This document shows, piece after piece, positions 36,927-49,719 of a DNA stretch of 64,000 nucleotides (within the stretch, counting starts at the first letter, position 1; every line of letters begins with the position of its first letter). Origin of the DNA: Takakia lepidozioides (taxonomy: Eukaryota > Plantae > Bryophyta); assembly GCA_030704615.1 (NCBI GenBank), contig CM060733.1, forward strand, positions 36,580,001 to 36,644,000. Direction: 5' to 3'. A program made the translations under genes and the position numbers. The notes under the pieces were generated by a model. The model made no database searches, had not been told where the DNA came from, and saw only the letters and a list, made by a program, of their open reading frames with translations.

Positions 36927-39900
36927 TTACCAATAATCCCCACAAGCACAAACCCCATCTTCAAAGTGGTGAAGGCGGTTACCATCCCGTACACAATTGC
37001 TCGGCGAACAATCTTGCAGACGAACTTGGTGGAGGTGTAGCAGTCCACACACACACGAACATTCTTGATGACAGAGGCGTCCTAGGGGCTGTGCTGATCA
37101 GCCCAAAACCAATGGCCAGCTTCTCACTGTGGTGGCAAAGAGCAAACTCCTTTTGCTCCTCCAGCTCATCATACCATACAAAGCGCGTGTCAGGCACATA
37201 CCCTGCCTCCTTCATCTGCCCAGACAACCTTCTCAGCTCAGCATGCATTTCGTTAATTTTGAGATGCAATTTGTCATATAACAAAGGTGTGCACCCCGTT
37301 GTCAACCTCAATGCAGCAGTGACATGGCTCCTTTCTAGCCCCTCTGACCTTCATCATTTTCCTCCGATTTGCACTATTGTCCCACCTGCCAGCTGCAGCA
37401 TAGAGGTTTTATAGCAACAAATAAGTAGCGCCATCCTGCCTAGCATCCCACTTGAGAATAGATGTTGCCGCACGTTCAGCCATCTCCACATTGCCATGGA
37501 TTCTGCAGGCACCAAGCAAGGCCTTCCACACCACAGCATCTGCTTTGATAGGCATTTTCTTAATGAGGTCCTCTGCCTCATCCAATTGCCCCGCACGTCC
37601 AAGAAGGTCCACCATGCAGCCAAAGTGCTTTAGTGTCGGAATGACTCCATGATCTTGACTCAGGGAATCAAAGTAGCGTCTTCCTTCATCCAGTAGGCCA
37701 ACATGGCTGCAGACAGAGAGAACACATAAAAAGGTGACACTGTCTGGCTTCAAGCCTTCCTCTTGCATTCTTTCAAATAGTTGGAGGGCCTCCCTATGAA
37801 ATCCATGCTGGGCATATCCTCCGATCATCTCATTCCAGGACACCATATCTCGTTCGGCCATGTTGTCGAATACTCCCTTTGCATCTTCCATGCTCCCACA
37901 TTTGGCATACATGTCCACCAGGGTATTGTTCAGAACGATATCTGGTACAATTCCAGCTTTGACGATGTCACCATGGACCTCTTTGCCCCTTTCCAGGGCT
38001 GCCAGGTGCGCACATGCCTTGCAAACGCAAACAAACATGATGCGGTCGGGCTTCACCCCTTGCCACATCATTTGCTCATACGTCTCCAAAGCCTCCATCC
38101 CACGCCCCTGCTGTGCATATCCTGCCAACATCGCGTTCCATGATACCACATCTCGTTGAGCCATACTGTCGAACACTCCCTTTGCATCATCCATGCTCCC
38201 ACATTTGGCATACATGTCCACCATGGAAGTGTTCAGAACGACATCTGGTACAATTCCAGCTTTGACGATGTCACCGTGGACCTCTTTGCCCTTTTCCAGG
38301 GCTGCCAGGCTTGCACATGCATTGCAAACGCAAATGAACGTAATGTGGTTGGGCTTCACCCCTTCACGCATCATTTGCTCATATGTCTCCAAAGCCTCCA
38401 TCCCAAGCGCCTGCTGTCCATATCCTGCGATCATCGCGTTCCAGGACCCCACATCTCGTTCAGCCATATGGTTGAACACTCCCTTTGCATCCTCGATGCA
38501 CCAACATTTGGCGTACATGTCCACAAGAGTATTGTTCAGAATGACATCTGGTACAATTCCAGCTTTGACGATGTCACCATGGACCTCTTTGCCCTTTTCC
38601 AGGGCTGCCAGGCTCGCGCACGCATTGCAAGCGCCAACAAACGTGATGTGGTCAGGCTTCACCCCGTCCTGCATCATTTGCCCATACATCTCCAAAGCCT
38701 CCATCCCACGCCCTTGCTGTGCATATCCTGCGATCATCGTGTTCCACGACACCACATCTTGTTCAGCCATATTGTGGAACACTCCCTTCGCATCCGCGAT
38801 GCACCCACATTTGGCATACATGTCCATGAGGGTATTGTTCAGATTGACATCTGGTACAATCCCAGCATTGACGATGTCACCATGGACCTCTTTGCCCTTG
38901 TCCAGGGCTGCCAGGCTCGCACATGCATTGCAAACGCAAACGTACGTGATGTGATCAGGCTTCATCCCTTCCAGCATCATTTGCTCATAGGTCTCCAGAG
39001 CCTCCATCCCACGCCCCTGCTGTGCATATCCTGCAATCATCGCATTCCAGGACACCACATCTCGTTCAGCCATATGGTCGAACACTCCCTTTGCATCTTC
39101 AATGCTCCCGCATTTGGCATACATGTCCACCAGGGCAGTATTTAGAACGACATCCGGTACAATCCCAGCTTTGACGATGTCACCATGGACCTCTTTGCCC
39201 TTTTCCAGGGCTGCCAGGCTCGCACATGCATTGCAAACGCAAACAAATGTGATGCGGTTTGGCTTCACCCCTTTCCCCATCATTTGCTCATATGTCTCCA
39301 AAGCATTCCTACCACGACCATGCTTGGTAAATCCTGCCATCATTATATTCCACGTGATCAAACATCGTTCAGGCATTCTGCTGAACACTTGGTGAGCATC
39401 CACGATGCTCCCGCACTTAACATACATGTTGACAAGGGTGTTGTGTAGAAAAATGTTAGGCTTGAATCCACTTTGGATAATGTGAGCGTGCACCTGCTTT
39501 CCAGTTTGCAGGCCTTTCATCTTGATGCACTTATGCAAGAGACAGACATAAGTATCTGAATCTGCTGAAATGCCTCCTTGGTTTAAAGTCTGTAGAGCCT
39601 CTCTCAGTCGCCCTGCCTCACATAGCATCCTCACATGCCCAGAGGTGCCAGAAGAGGCATTGTGGACTCTCTCCCTTAGTCCTCTTTCAGAAGCTGTGGT
39701 CATGGTCGAGGTGCCTGATTTCATCAACTGTGCTGCCGCTGCTGCTGCTTCCAGTTGACCATCTACCCATGCAGGTTTCTTGTAGCTATCGATCCACAGG
39801 GAATCATAGGTAATCTTGTGCTTGAAATCCGGTCCTCTTGGATGAATCTGGACCCACACTCTATCCCTGCTCCTTCAGCTACCCCTGCCTCTGCACAAAT

Positions 39901-41616
39901 CATGTATATATCCTCGCAATGCTGCTAGTAGCTGACTATGACAGCCTGGATTTGTTCTAGTGAACACCCCAACCCTTTTTATCACACACTAGTTTTGATG
40001 CTGAATTGCTCCAAGGACTTATAAATATCCTGGGGGAGAAAGAGGATGACAACTTCGAATAAAGCTTTGAATTGCATACTGTTGTCTGCTTCTCTCTGTA
40101 ATCTAAAAGGCATTCACCTTTTTGCCTCGATTGTCCCACCATTGACTGGGGTTGGAAAAATAGTCATTCCAAAGTTTCTCCTCGTCTTTGTTATTTGTTT
40201 CTGGATACTTTCCTGCTGCCACATTGGCAGTAACTTGTCAAAATCACTCCAAACCATCATCAATCCACCCAACAAGCTTACTTGGCAGATTTCAACATGA
40301 AAATTTAGGGACGACTATGATAAAAGGGCAAATCAGGCCAAAAGTATGTTGAAGAAAAAGGTGTCCTCACCACATTGTCCTTGACCTTGTGTCATGAAAG
40401 CAGCTAGCTTTTCTTTCACCCATGGAGGATTCAACCGACCATCAACCCAAAAGGACCTCTTGTGTGTTCTGCTTGCGTCTGTAGTCAGGTGATATGGGCT
40501 TGGTCTGTGAGGAGAACCACCACGGTGCAGCAAAGCAGCCATACATTCAAGTCGACCTCCTAAGACCAAGCCGACCCTCCCAAGTCCCTTGTAAACACCA
40601 GGAGAGAATACCAAATCACGGAAGAACCCACATTTGCAGCAAGGACAAACCTCTTCACATCATCCACTAAGAAAGCCACACCTTGCAATTGCAGTTGTCC
40701 CACCATTGTCAAGGATCTTTAAAAAGCCCATGCCAGCTCTGCTCCATGCTTCAGAGTAGACCTTTGTGCCGGAAAATCCAACACCGTCAAAATTTTGACA
40801 AGTTACCTGATGGACAAGTACTAGTGAGCTTTCAACAACATTCATGCAAGTCACTTTGGGCTCCATTGGACTCTACAAAATGAGGAACATACGAAATGTC
40901 CAAATTTACACAGATGCTAAACCAGCTTATGTCTGTAGTCTGGAGATATTGGGGTGGTCTGTGAAAGCCAGAGTCTCAACCTTCCCCAGTACCTTGCAAA
41001 CTCCAGGGAAATGACCTTTCCCATCCTCCTTTCATGCCCTGCTCAGGAAGAACAACCTCTCATACGGACAGTAAAAGCAGTTTTTGGAAAGCAAAGGGAG
41101 ATTCTCACTTCACTCAACAACTAGGGTACAATCCCGTCCACACAGTACGATCATACCAGTGTTCAGTCAAACTCCCTCAGACTCCTTCTCATCCTACGTG
41201 GACAAAGCTCACCTTATCATGGCTACTGTCCCAGCATTGCGATGGATCTTGAGAGAACTGCCGGCTCCGTTCCATGTTCCAGCGTTGACCTACGCGCCAG
41301 AAATACCAATTATCCGTCTTGTCTAACCATCCCGCGCGTTTCATACATAGAACACAGCGACCCCAAAAAAGGAAACCGCGAAGTGTTTCGTGTTATTACC
41401 TAGTTTGAATGGCATCCCTGAAGGCGCCATAGCCACCCTACGCAAGCGACTCCGTCCTCTGCGCAGTGCCAAGGGGGATGCCGCTTTCAGCTCCACAGCC
41501 CAGCCCTTTAATCCGCTGCATGACGCGAATTCTCTCGCATGGCCGAAGCGAGAGGACAGAGCCTTGCATATGGAGTAAGAATGCGCGCGCAGGAAAACGC
41601 GGGAAGACGCTGCCAT
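36927..41616 (-). pseudogene. Organelle-targeted PLS-PPR-E-DYW editing-factor gene with N-terminal OSB-type PDF motifs (disrupted)
   Basis: Transit-peptide-like exon 41616-41400 and three intron-split PDF motifs. The 816-aa ORF has ~20 PPR motifs and E1. A TAA replaces Ser in E2 (37409). The frameshifted DYW has HHSEKLA and CACGDYW* ending at 36927. Confidence 0.88.
37850..39365 (-). repeat. Five highly similar 303-bp P-L-S triplet repeats
   Basis: 101-aa unit VVSWNAM../HITFVCVCNACASL../VVLNTALVDMYAKCG.. repeated with high DNA identity. Confidence 0.95.
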
Positions 41617-42147
41617 CCCGGCCGCGAGAAAGAGGCAGAAAGATCTGTTGTGGTCTGTATACTTGCAACCCCGATGCAAGAAACGATTGCAACAGCAGGC
41701 TCCTCTACACATGAGAAACGATCATCCCGCTTCCAGTATCACGCATTGGTGTGAACCATCATTTGCTGCCGCATTTTTTACATCTCTTTCCTTGTGTCCT
41801 TCCCAATGACACATCATCTCTCTCCTCTCCCGCCCCCAAAACGTCACCAAAGGTGCTCTCGCAGCCTTGCCACTGCACTTCCCAGGACAGCAAAAACTCA
41901 CCTCTGTGTCACCTCCTGGCCGTCGTCTAAGCGACAGATCTCTGCTTGCCGTCTACTTACGAGCAGTGTGTGTAGCATGGACGCGGCCTCGATGCCTTGA
42001 ATCCTCGTGTGATATAGGGGACATGTCTGTGAGGGACAAGTCCTCCAGTTGCTGATCACACGTGTGACGACGCAGTGACATGCAGGACAGAGTCGTCTTG
42101 TCCATCCGTCCGGTGGATGTGGGGCATGTTTGCATTTTTGGGTTTAA

Positions 42148-45100
42148 CCCGTAAGTGCCCAAGCTCATTTTCACCCTTTGGTGGAAAAAATTGACCCTGG
42201 CCCACAAAAACTTTTTTATCTGGAGATTTTCTGTGTCCATGTAAAACTGACCGTTAGAATTATTTCCCACCTACCCCTCCTCCTGCCACAAAAAGTTTCA
42301 TCAAAATCGAACTGCCAGATGTGCAGATTATGAAGTGTAGAGTGGGGACAAAAACAACTCTCCTCTAAGAAACAGGTGCCAAAAAAAGCAGTTTTTTAGC
42401 CAATACCCGGGCAGTTTTTTTTTATAAGCTTTACAGTCTCAAGAATGTTGTTCTATACCTGATAACACACATCCTCAGAAGATTTCAGTTTTTCTGAAAT
42501 ATTATCAAGTGAGCTCCTTTGTAGTGACAAACGAGGGGGTCAAATTATGCCATTTTCTTTGGGCAGACCAAAATCTCTCTTCCAAATATTCTACAAAACA
42601 TTTCAGCCATTCAATTCCTAATCCCTCAGGTTGAAGTGTCAAGGGCATCCATGTGAGGTCCCCAAATGTTTTTGAGACCAATCAGTAACTGTCATCGCAT
42701 CTTTAGGTTCACTACCCAAGACTTCAAATGGCACACCTATGTTATAGCCTGCAGGCCTAGGATATTTGGAACCATAGCCCACAAGGGTAGAGGGTTTGGG
42801 AGCTCCTCTTGCTACCTGGCCCCTACTTTCTTGGGGGCCCACTCCACCCTCAACCCTATGAAACCCTTGCCCCAGGTTCGGCCCACCCCTCATAATGAGG
42901 GGTTTTGGACTTTGCCACCCCACATATGTATGGCCTACCCCTAACCGGAAATGCATCCCGGGTTTTGCAAATGAAGGTGATTTCACCGGAAATACATCCC
43001 GGATTTTGACTTTACCGGGATGTTTCCAAACAGTTTTGAATGTCAAACTGTAGGAACCCCTGAATTTGTCTAAGTCCCTTATGTACTTGTGTGCTTGAAG
43101 CCCCCTCGAATTTGTTCTAAGTCCTTTGTGTGTCTGAAGCTCATTGAATTTGTTTACAAGTCCTTTGTGTGCTTGAAGCTCCTTGCATTGTTCTAAGTTC
43201 TTTGTGTGTTTTCTAGCCTGTGTGATACATCTGAAATTGTCTAAGTCATGCAAAGCTGCAAAGGGACATATACATCAATTCAATGAGTTCTTGAATTTGT
43301 TCATGATACATACATATGAACACTAGTTCAGCCAGGTGCTGAACTTAGTGATACATGTTTTTTGCAACTAGTCCTACACATCCCCCTACCATAACCCAAA
43401 CTCGAGTGGGGATTGAACCCACACAAAAACTGCCCATCGCAGCCAAGCCCCCTCCCCCTATCCCTACCACTATCATCCCACAGCCCCCCTATCCCTCGAT
43501 GGGGTTGATCTTCACACTGGGATTGAACCATGCAGAATCTGTACACAAGTAGAAAAGAAACCTTGGCATTAGCACCCAAAAAAATGCCATGGAAGCATCA
43601 TGCAAACCACAATGTCAGTTTGCTGGAAAACCCCAAGGAAACTAGACAACATCAAGTACCTTAGCAAACAAGATGTAGACCACACGAAAAGAGAAGTGCA
43701 ATTTGAATGAGCAAAGCACGTGAAATACAAGGTCAATTAGGGCTTTGAACTTAGCTTTTTTCGGACTGTTTCATTGCTGGAGGCAGGAGGTTCATGATGG
43801 GGCTGCAAACACCTCATTACTAAGCAATGGCGGCCCAGTAGGGCCTCACCATGAATGCACAGCCTGTAGCCCGCCCTGCCAGCCCCAAGTGGAAGCACGA
43901 GCACAAAATACAGATGGCGGATGAAGCACCAAAGCGAATAAAGGAAACTCTAGGAACCAAAATAGATAAAACATAGACCAAAATAGGTGAAACATGATCG
44001 CCACAAAGGAAAAGAAGAAGGCTGGCTAGGTTTAGTGGCTCCCAATGAACACAACATACAGTGCAGGCTAGAGACAGGGCTGGAGCCACCCATAAATCGA
44101 TGGCCAAATGAAATGAGCAGGCGCTTGAATCGCACCATGCTTGAATCGCACATCAAAAATGTTACCAAGAAATCGATAAAACTCCATTTGCAGAAAGGCC
44201 AACGTGCCAAGAACCATGACACCCAAAATCAAAATTTGCATGTCAGTTAGGTAGACAATCAGAAATCGATGTGTGCTTGAAATATTACCCCAAATCAACT
44301 GAACCCTTAGGCTGGACAAATGTCATCGTGCCAGCAACCATGCAAAGGACACAAAATGCCAAATGACCAAAAATCGCATGAAGTAACCATGGATCCAACC
44401 ATCGATGGCCAACATTGATGAGTAGGTCAGACATGTTACCTAATAATCGATAGAACTTCAGCCCGCAGAAAGACCAACGTGCCAGGAACCATGACAGCGT
44501 GAATGGAAATTCGCAGGTCAGTTTACTTCCACAATCGTGAATGTCACCCCAAATCGAGAGAACCCTCAGGCTGGACAAAGGCGAACATGCCAGACACCAT
44601 GGAAACCTGGGCCACCTACAAAATCACGCCATAGGTGCTTCTCTCATGCTCGAGCAAAATCGATGGCCAAAAAACCATGATGAAGTAACCATGATCCCAC
44701 AAATTGATGGGCAATGAAATGAGCAAGTCAGTTAGGGTTTTCAGGAATGAATGTCACTCCAAATTGACAGAACAGAACGCCAAGCAAACGCATTGGGTGA
44801 TTCTCTCATGCAAAAATCGTGCCACAAACATCCATACACCCCAAATGAAAGATTCCAAGCATTGCGCGTGAAAATGAATGCCACCAGCTGCATCGCCGCC
44901 ATGCAATCCTCATGGGTGGGCTGCATTAGCACCAACACCCTACAAATTCAACACACACCCTGCAAACAGCTGGGCCCGCGCATGGGAGAGACCTCTTGCT
45001 TGCCGCCCTCGCCGCAAAGCTCCATCTAGTCCGCCAGCCACGGGCCCGAGGCGATGGCCGGAGCTGCCATCGCCGTTGATTCCAGGTTAGGGAATAGGCC

Positions 45101-45459
45101 TGGAAATTCCCAGACTTGCGTCTGCCGCCCTGCGCATTCAAGGGGTTTGGGGAAGCGTGCCGCCCCATATTTTCTGGGGTATATTTTCTTTCACCCTAAC
45201 CTGACCCAAGTTGCCATGTCAGCAACTTGGGCAGGTTTGGGGGGCCCAAATGGCCTCAAAAAGCTGAGTTGGCCCCCTTCCCATTGGTCCAGACCCGTAC
45301 CCCTTCAAGCATTGACCAATTGGCGAATGCCGTATGAAGGGGGACCCGATTTTCTATCGATTGAGCCCAAAAAAGGCCGAATCAGCCTTAACCACAGGAA
45401 GTTATGGTTGGTTAAGCAAACCCAAGCGACCCAAAATGGGTCGCTTGGGCACTTAAGGG
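42148..45459. mobile_element. Non-autonomous piggyBac-like DNA transposon
   Basis: TTAA|CCCGTAAGTGCCCAAGC ... GCTTGGGCACTTAAGGG|TTAA (17-bp TIR, 1 mismatch). Subterminal palindrome at 45421-45449. No transposase recognised. Confidence 0.75.
43060..43260. repeat. ~35-bp minisatellite inside the piggyBac-like element
   Basis: GAATTTGT(T)CTAAGTCCTTTGTGTG(C)TTGAAGCTC, about 5 degenerate copies. Confidence 0.7.
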
Positions 45460-46455
45460 TTAAAGGTATGTAACTAGAACTTATATCAACCATATTCCAT
45501 AAGTCAAACAAGCTAGTTTCTTTTTTGTTTTCGGAGGGACAAAGCCTGAAAGTGCATTGACAAGTGTGGAAAAAATAATCAGAATGGCTAAGGCCGAGAT
45601 ACGGCTGGGAAAACTATCCGAACCAGTGTTTTTAAATCTGGCGAAAAATCACCAAATTTTGACCTGGAAAATGGTCGGCTACTTTTACTAAGGAATTATG
45701 GGAATAAAAGGGCCAATGGTCAGATATCATGAGCCAGATTTGTCCTATGCGGACATGTTAAAATATGACATCTGTCGTGCGCATACATATCGCTACACAA
45801 ATACATCGCTGTCCAAAACCACACAACACATGTGCACACCACACACTAGTATACCACTAGTCCAGCCACTAGTCCAACCACTAGGCTACAACTAGTCAGT
45901 CACTAGGCTGCCACTATGCTGCCCACTATAGCAGTCACTAGTCCACACAATGATAACGAAGAAGAATACAAGCACGAGCTCATACGAGCTCACAAAGCTG
46001 AAGCATAAACTCATGCATATATAATCTCATCACTCAAATACAAGTCAAGCCAAGTGCACCTCACGCCATGGGGAATCCACACTACGGCGCCATAGCTAGG
46101 CGCGGTGAGGCTCAACTCGAGAAAGATGAGCCTCCCGCACTTGCCGTGAAGATAACCACTCCAGGGCCTAAATCTACCTTGACCCTTGGATTGACACTTG
46201 GGCCAATCCCAAATGTCAATATGTAAAAGCTAGCTATTTCCTAGCTAGTTTCACACTAGTGGTAAAATAACTTGACAGCTGTCGTGCGCATACATATCGC
46301 TACACAAATACATCGCTGTCCAAAACCACACAACACATATGCACACCACACACTAGTATACCACTAATCCAGCCACTAGTCCAACCACTATGCTACAACT
46401 AGTCAGTCACTAGGCTGCCACTATGCTGCCCACAAGGCAGTCACTAGTCCACACA

Positions 46456-46468
46456 ATCGCCCCCCTAG
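46456..46468 (-). promoter_or_regulatory. Polypurine tract of copy 2
   Basis: CTAGGGGGGCGAT directly abutting TGTGTGG, the start of the inner A repeat on the minus strand. Confidence 0.7.
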
Positions 46469-46715
46469 CTGGTGCTTAGGTCCCTCTAAGTCCAGGTAGC
46501 CACAAGATGTGATAGTGACCATAGCCTCACTAAGTCCTCTACCACTATCCTTACTACACTCAAACTCGATAGATCAAGAGGCCGGGTGCAAGAGTTACCC
46601 CATCGTTAGTCGCCGTCTTGCAACCTGTGAACTTGAGCTTGGGATCTCATGTATTGACTCATATGAGCTTGGCCTCCCATGTCTTGTTAGCTGCCTCCAG
46701 TTATGTCCACTGCCA

Positions 46716-46860
46716 CTATCCCAAGCAGTGTGGACACAACCAATCTCCGTCAGGAACCTTCTCAAGAGGTGGTGTCAAGCATCCCATATGCCAACCCCTT
46801 GAGCATCGATCACACACCAGCATGGTGGCTGCCCCTTTGGCAGACCCACAGAGCATGCAC
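46716..46860 (-). other. PHD finger at the C-terminus of the integrase
   Basis: CMLC..MLVCDRCSRGWHMGCLTPPLEKVPDGDWLCPHC, a C4HC3 pattern with the conserved W. Confidence 0.95.
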
Positions 46861-49719
46861 CTCAAACCTGCAGGTACCACTACCAAGTTTGGGTCAACTC
46901 TGCCATCGACATTGGGAAGGTGACATGGCGCACAATTACGCACATGGTCCTTCCAAGTCATGCCATCCCGACCCTCCAAGATCAGGACCCTTGAGGGCAA
47001 CACCTCTCGAACCCTCAGAATAACATGCCCTGCAGTAACATCCAGAGTCGTAGGAGCAGTCTGCTGCAAATAAACATAGTCACCAGGGCTAAACCTCCGA
47101 ACCCCAGGACGATATCCTCCACCACGTATAGTGGCATACCTCAACGTATCACGGTGTTGTGCAATGGCAAGGTTCTCAAAAGCCATGGGCATGACTTTCT
47201 TGAACAACTCTGCACGCTGATCACATGCACGTACCCACACGTCCGGATTGTCAAGGTTAAGAACTTGAGCAGTGTCCCTACAAATGGCTGCAGGCAAATC
47301 CGGCTCTCGGCCAAAGAGAAGGAAATATGGTGAGAAGGAGGCAAGTGATGCTTATTTGCTGAACCTGTAGCCCATGGCTAACCAAGGAACCTGAAGATCC
47401 CAATCTCTTAGGTGTCCCTTCTGCAAGCCATACTTGCGCAAACCCCTCTTCACCGTCTGAACAATTCTCTCTGAAAAGCCATCAGCCTCAGGATGATCCC
47501 GAGAAGTGGTGCGGTGGTCTATCAAGGCTTTATCACACAAAGCCTGAAACTCCCCAAGAACTCTCTCCCTTGGTCCGTGAGTACCTCAGCTGGAGCACCA
47601 AATCGGCTAAGCACACGATCCAAGAATGCATACGCAGCCCCTCACTAGCCTTGTCAGGCAATGGAACCAACTCAATCCACTTGGAGAAATGCTCCACCAT
47701 CACCAACACATATCTGTGGTGGCGCATAGTCAGTGGCAACGGTCCTACGAAGTCAAGACTCCACCTGTAGCCCAATCCCATGATTGGTAAAGGATGCAAC
47801 TGTGGTGTAGGGGTGTTGAATGAAGCACGCACCCTGTCACACACCATGCACCTAGCCACGAACTGTTGCACCTCTGTATGCATACCACACCACAAATACT
47901 GCCCTTGCAGTAAACTGTGAGTGCGTCGCACTCCAAAATGCCCCAAATCCCCATGGGTATGCCGCACTAACCGTGCACGCTGTGTGGGGTGAGGCACAAT
48001 CATCACCCGACCATCCTCCCACACTCGAAGTAGGTGTATCCCCTCCCACTTGAACCTCTTGGCTCGTTGCAGGATCCCATCCCTCTCCCTGGCAGTCATA
48101 GTGGCTGTCGTGTCTCCCGTGCGGAGGTAGTCCAACACAGCCGAATCCTCATGTATATCTCTGGCAGCACCTGGCTCATCACTAGCCTTAGGGTCCTCAG
48201 ACACGCCGTCTACAGTCATCCCTGTTGTAGGTCCAACCTGACCTCCCGATGCCAAGATACACAAAAATGCAGATGCGTGTCATCCCGGCACCATCTCCTC
48301 GTCCGTCTCACCATGCCACCGAGCTCCAGTGTCATCCTGTTGGCTCATGCATGGATTGCGACTCAATCCATCCGCATCCCGATTGACCAAACCCGATCGA
48401 TGCACAACCTGAAAGTCATACTCCTGGAGTATGAGTGCCCACCGTGCAAGCTTCCCCGTAAGCCTGTCTGACTCCATCAACCACTTGAGTGGCTGGTGAT
48501 CCGTAACAAGGGTGAAAAGATTGTCGTATAGATAGCACCTGAAGTGTGCCATGGCCCACACTGCAACTAAGCACTCTCCCTCATATGAGCTGTACTTAGC
48601 CTCTGCAGCGTTGTTCGAGCGGCTAACATAAGCCACTACGAACTCTCTTCCCTCATCATCCACCTGTGTGAGCACGCTCCAAGCCCCAGCATGCTCCAAT
48701 CCGTATGCAGCTGAAAGGGACGCCCCCTGATAGGTCGTCTCAGGATAGGCGCCGAGGTCAACCTCGCCTTGAGCTCTTGAAAAGTTTGTTCCTGCTCATC
48801 TTCCCACTGCCACTCCTGGTCCACCTTGGTCAGCTTGGTTAGAGCCTTTGCAATGGTACTAAATCCCTTGACAAACCGTCTATAATAGTTTGTCAACCCC
48901 ATGAAAGCTCGAACTCGGCTCACATCCGTGGGGCGTGGAATTTGTGCAATGGCCTCTACCTTAGTCTGCTGTACCCCCAATCCTCCAGGATATATCATGT
49001 GACCCAGATACTCAATCTGGTTGTGGAAAAACTTGCACTTCCCCGGATGCAACTTCAATCCGTGCGCTCTCAAGCGCTCCAATACCACCTGAAGGTGTCT
49101 CTCATGCTCCTCCATCGTAACACTAAAGATGATGATGTCATCTATGTAGCACCGAGCAAAGTCCACCCCTGCTAGAATCCTATCCATGACTCTCTGAAAC
49201 TTTGCAGGAGCATTCTTAAGCCCAAATGGTAAGAACCGCCACTGATATAGCAATCCTTGCCGTGCTCATTGATCCCCCAGAATGTCGTCTTCTGCTTGTC
49301 CGCCTCCTTGATTGGCAACTGGTGATATCCGGATCGTAAATCCAAAGTGCTAAAGACCTTAGCATGCCCGATGGCATCAAAGATCTCCTCTGGTGTTGGC
49401 ATGGCATACTTATCGGACTTGTCTGACGATTTACAGGCCGGTAATCACCGCACATACGTCTCTCCATCCAATTGCCATAGACATCCTTCTTGGCTGGCAT
49501 CACTGTGGCTGAAGCATACTCTCCACCAGAGAGCTCCACCAAACCTGCCTCCCAGAGATCTTGAGTCCTCATCTGAATCAAAGACCTCTCCATGTCACTG
49601 TATCTATAGGGTCTCCGAAAGATTGGCGTGTCAGTGGCCAACTCAATACGGATCTCTTGATCCTTCAGTGCTCCCAAGTCCTTCAAACTGAAGGCAAAGC
49701 AATTCCTGTAAGCCCTCAA
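46861..49719 (-). pseudogene. RT - RNase H - DDE integrase of copy 2 (frameshifted)
   Basis: RMCGDYR, LDLRSGYHQ, LPFGLKNAP, YIDD; LHTDWS, YEGECL, TDHQPL, DADGLSR; GHFG..CMVC, WSLDFVGPLP, ADGFSER. Confidence 0.93.

Noticed and set aside
38156-39145. Long antisense ORFs (329 aa, 253 aa) over the PPR array
   Set aside because: Shadow frames of a 303-bp tandem coding repeat.
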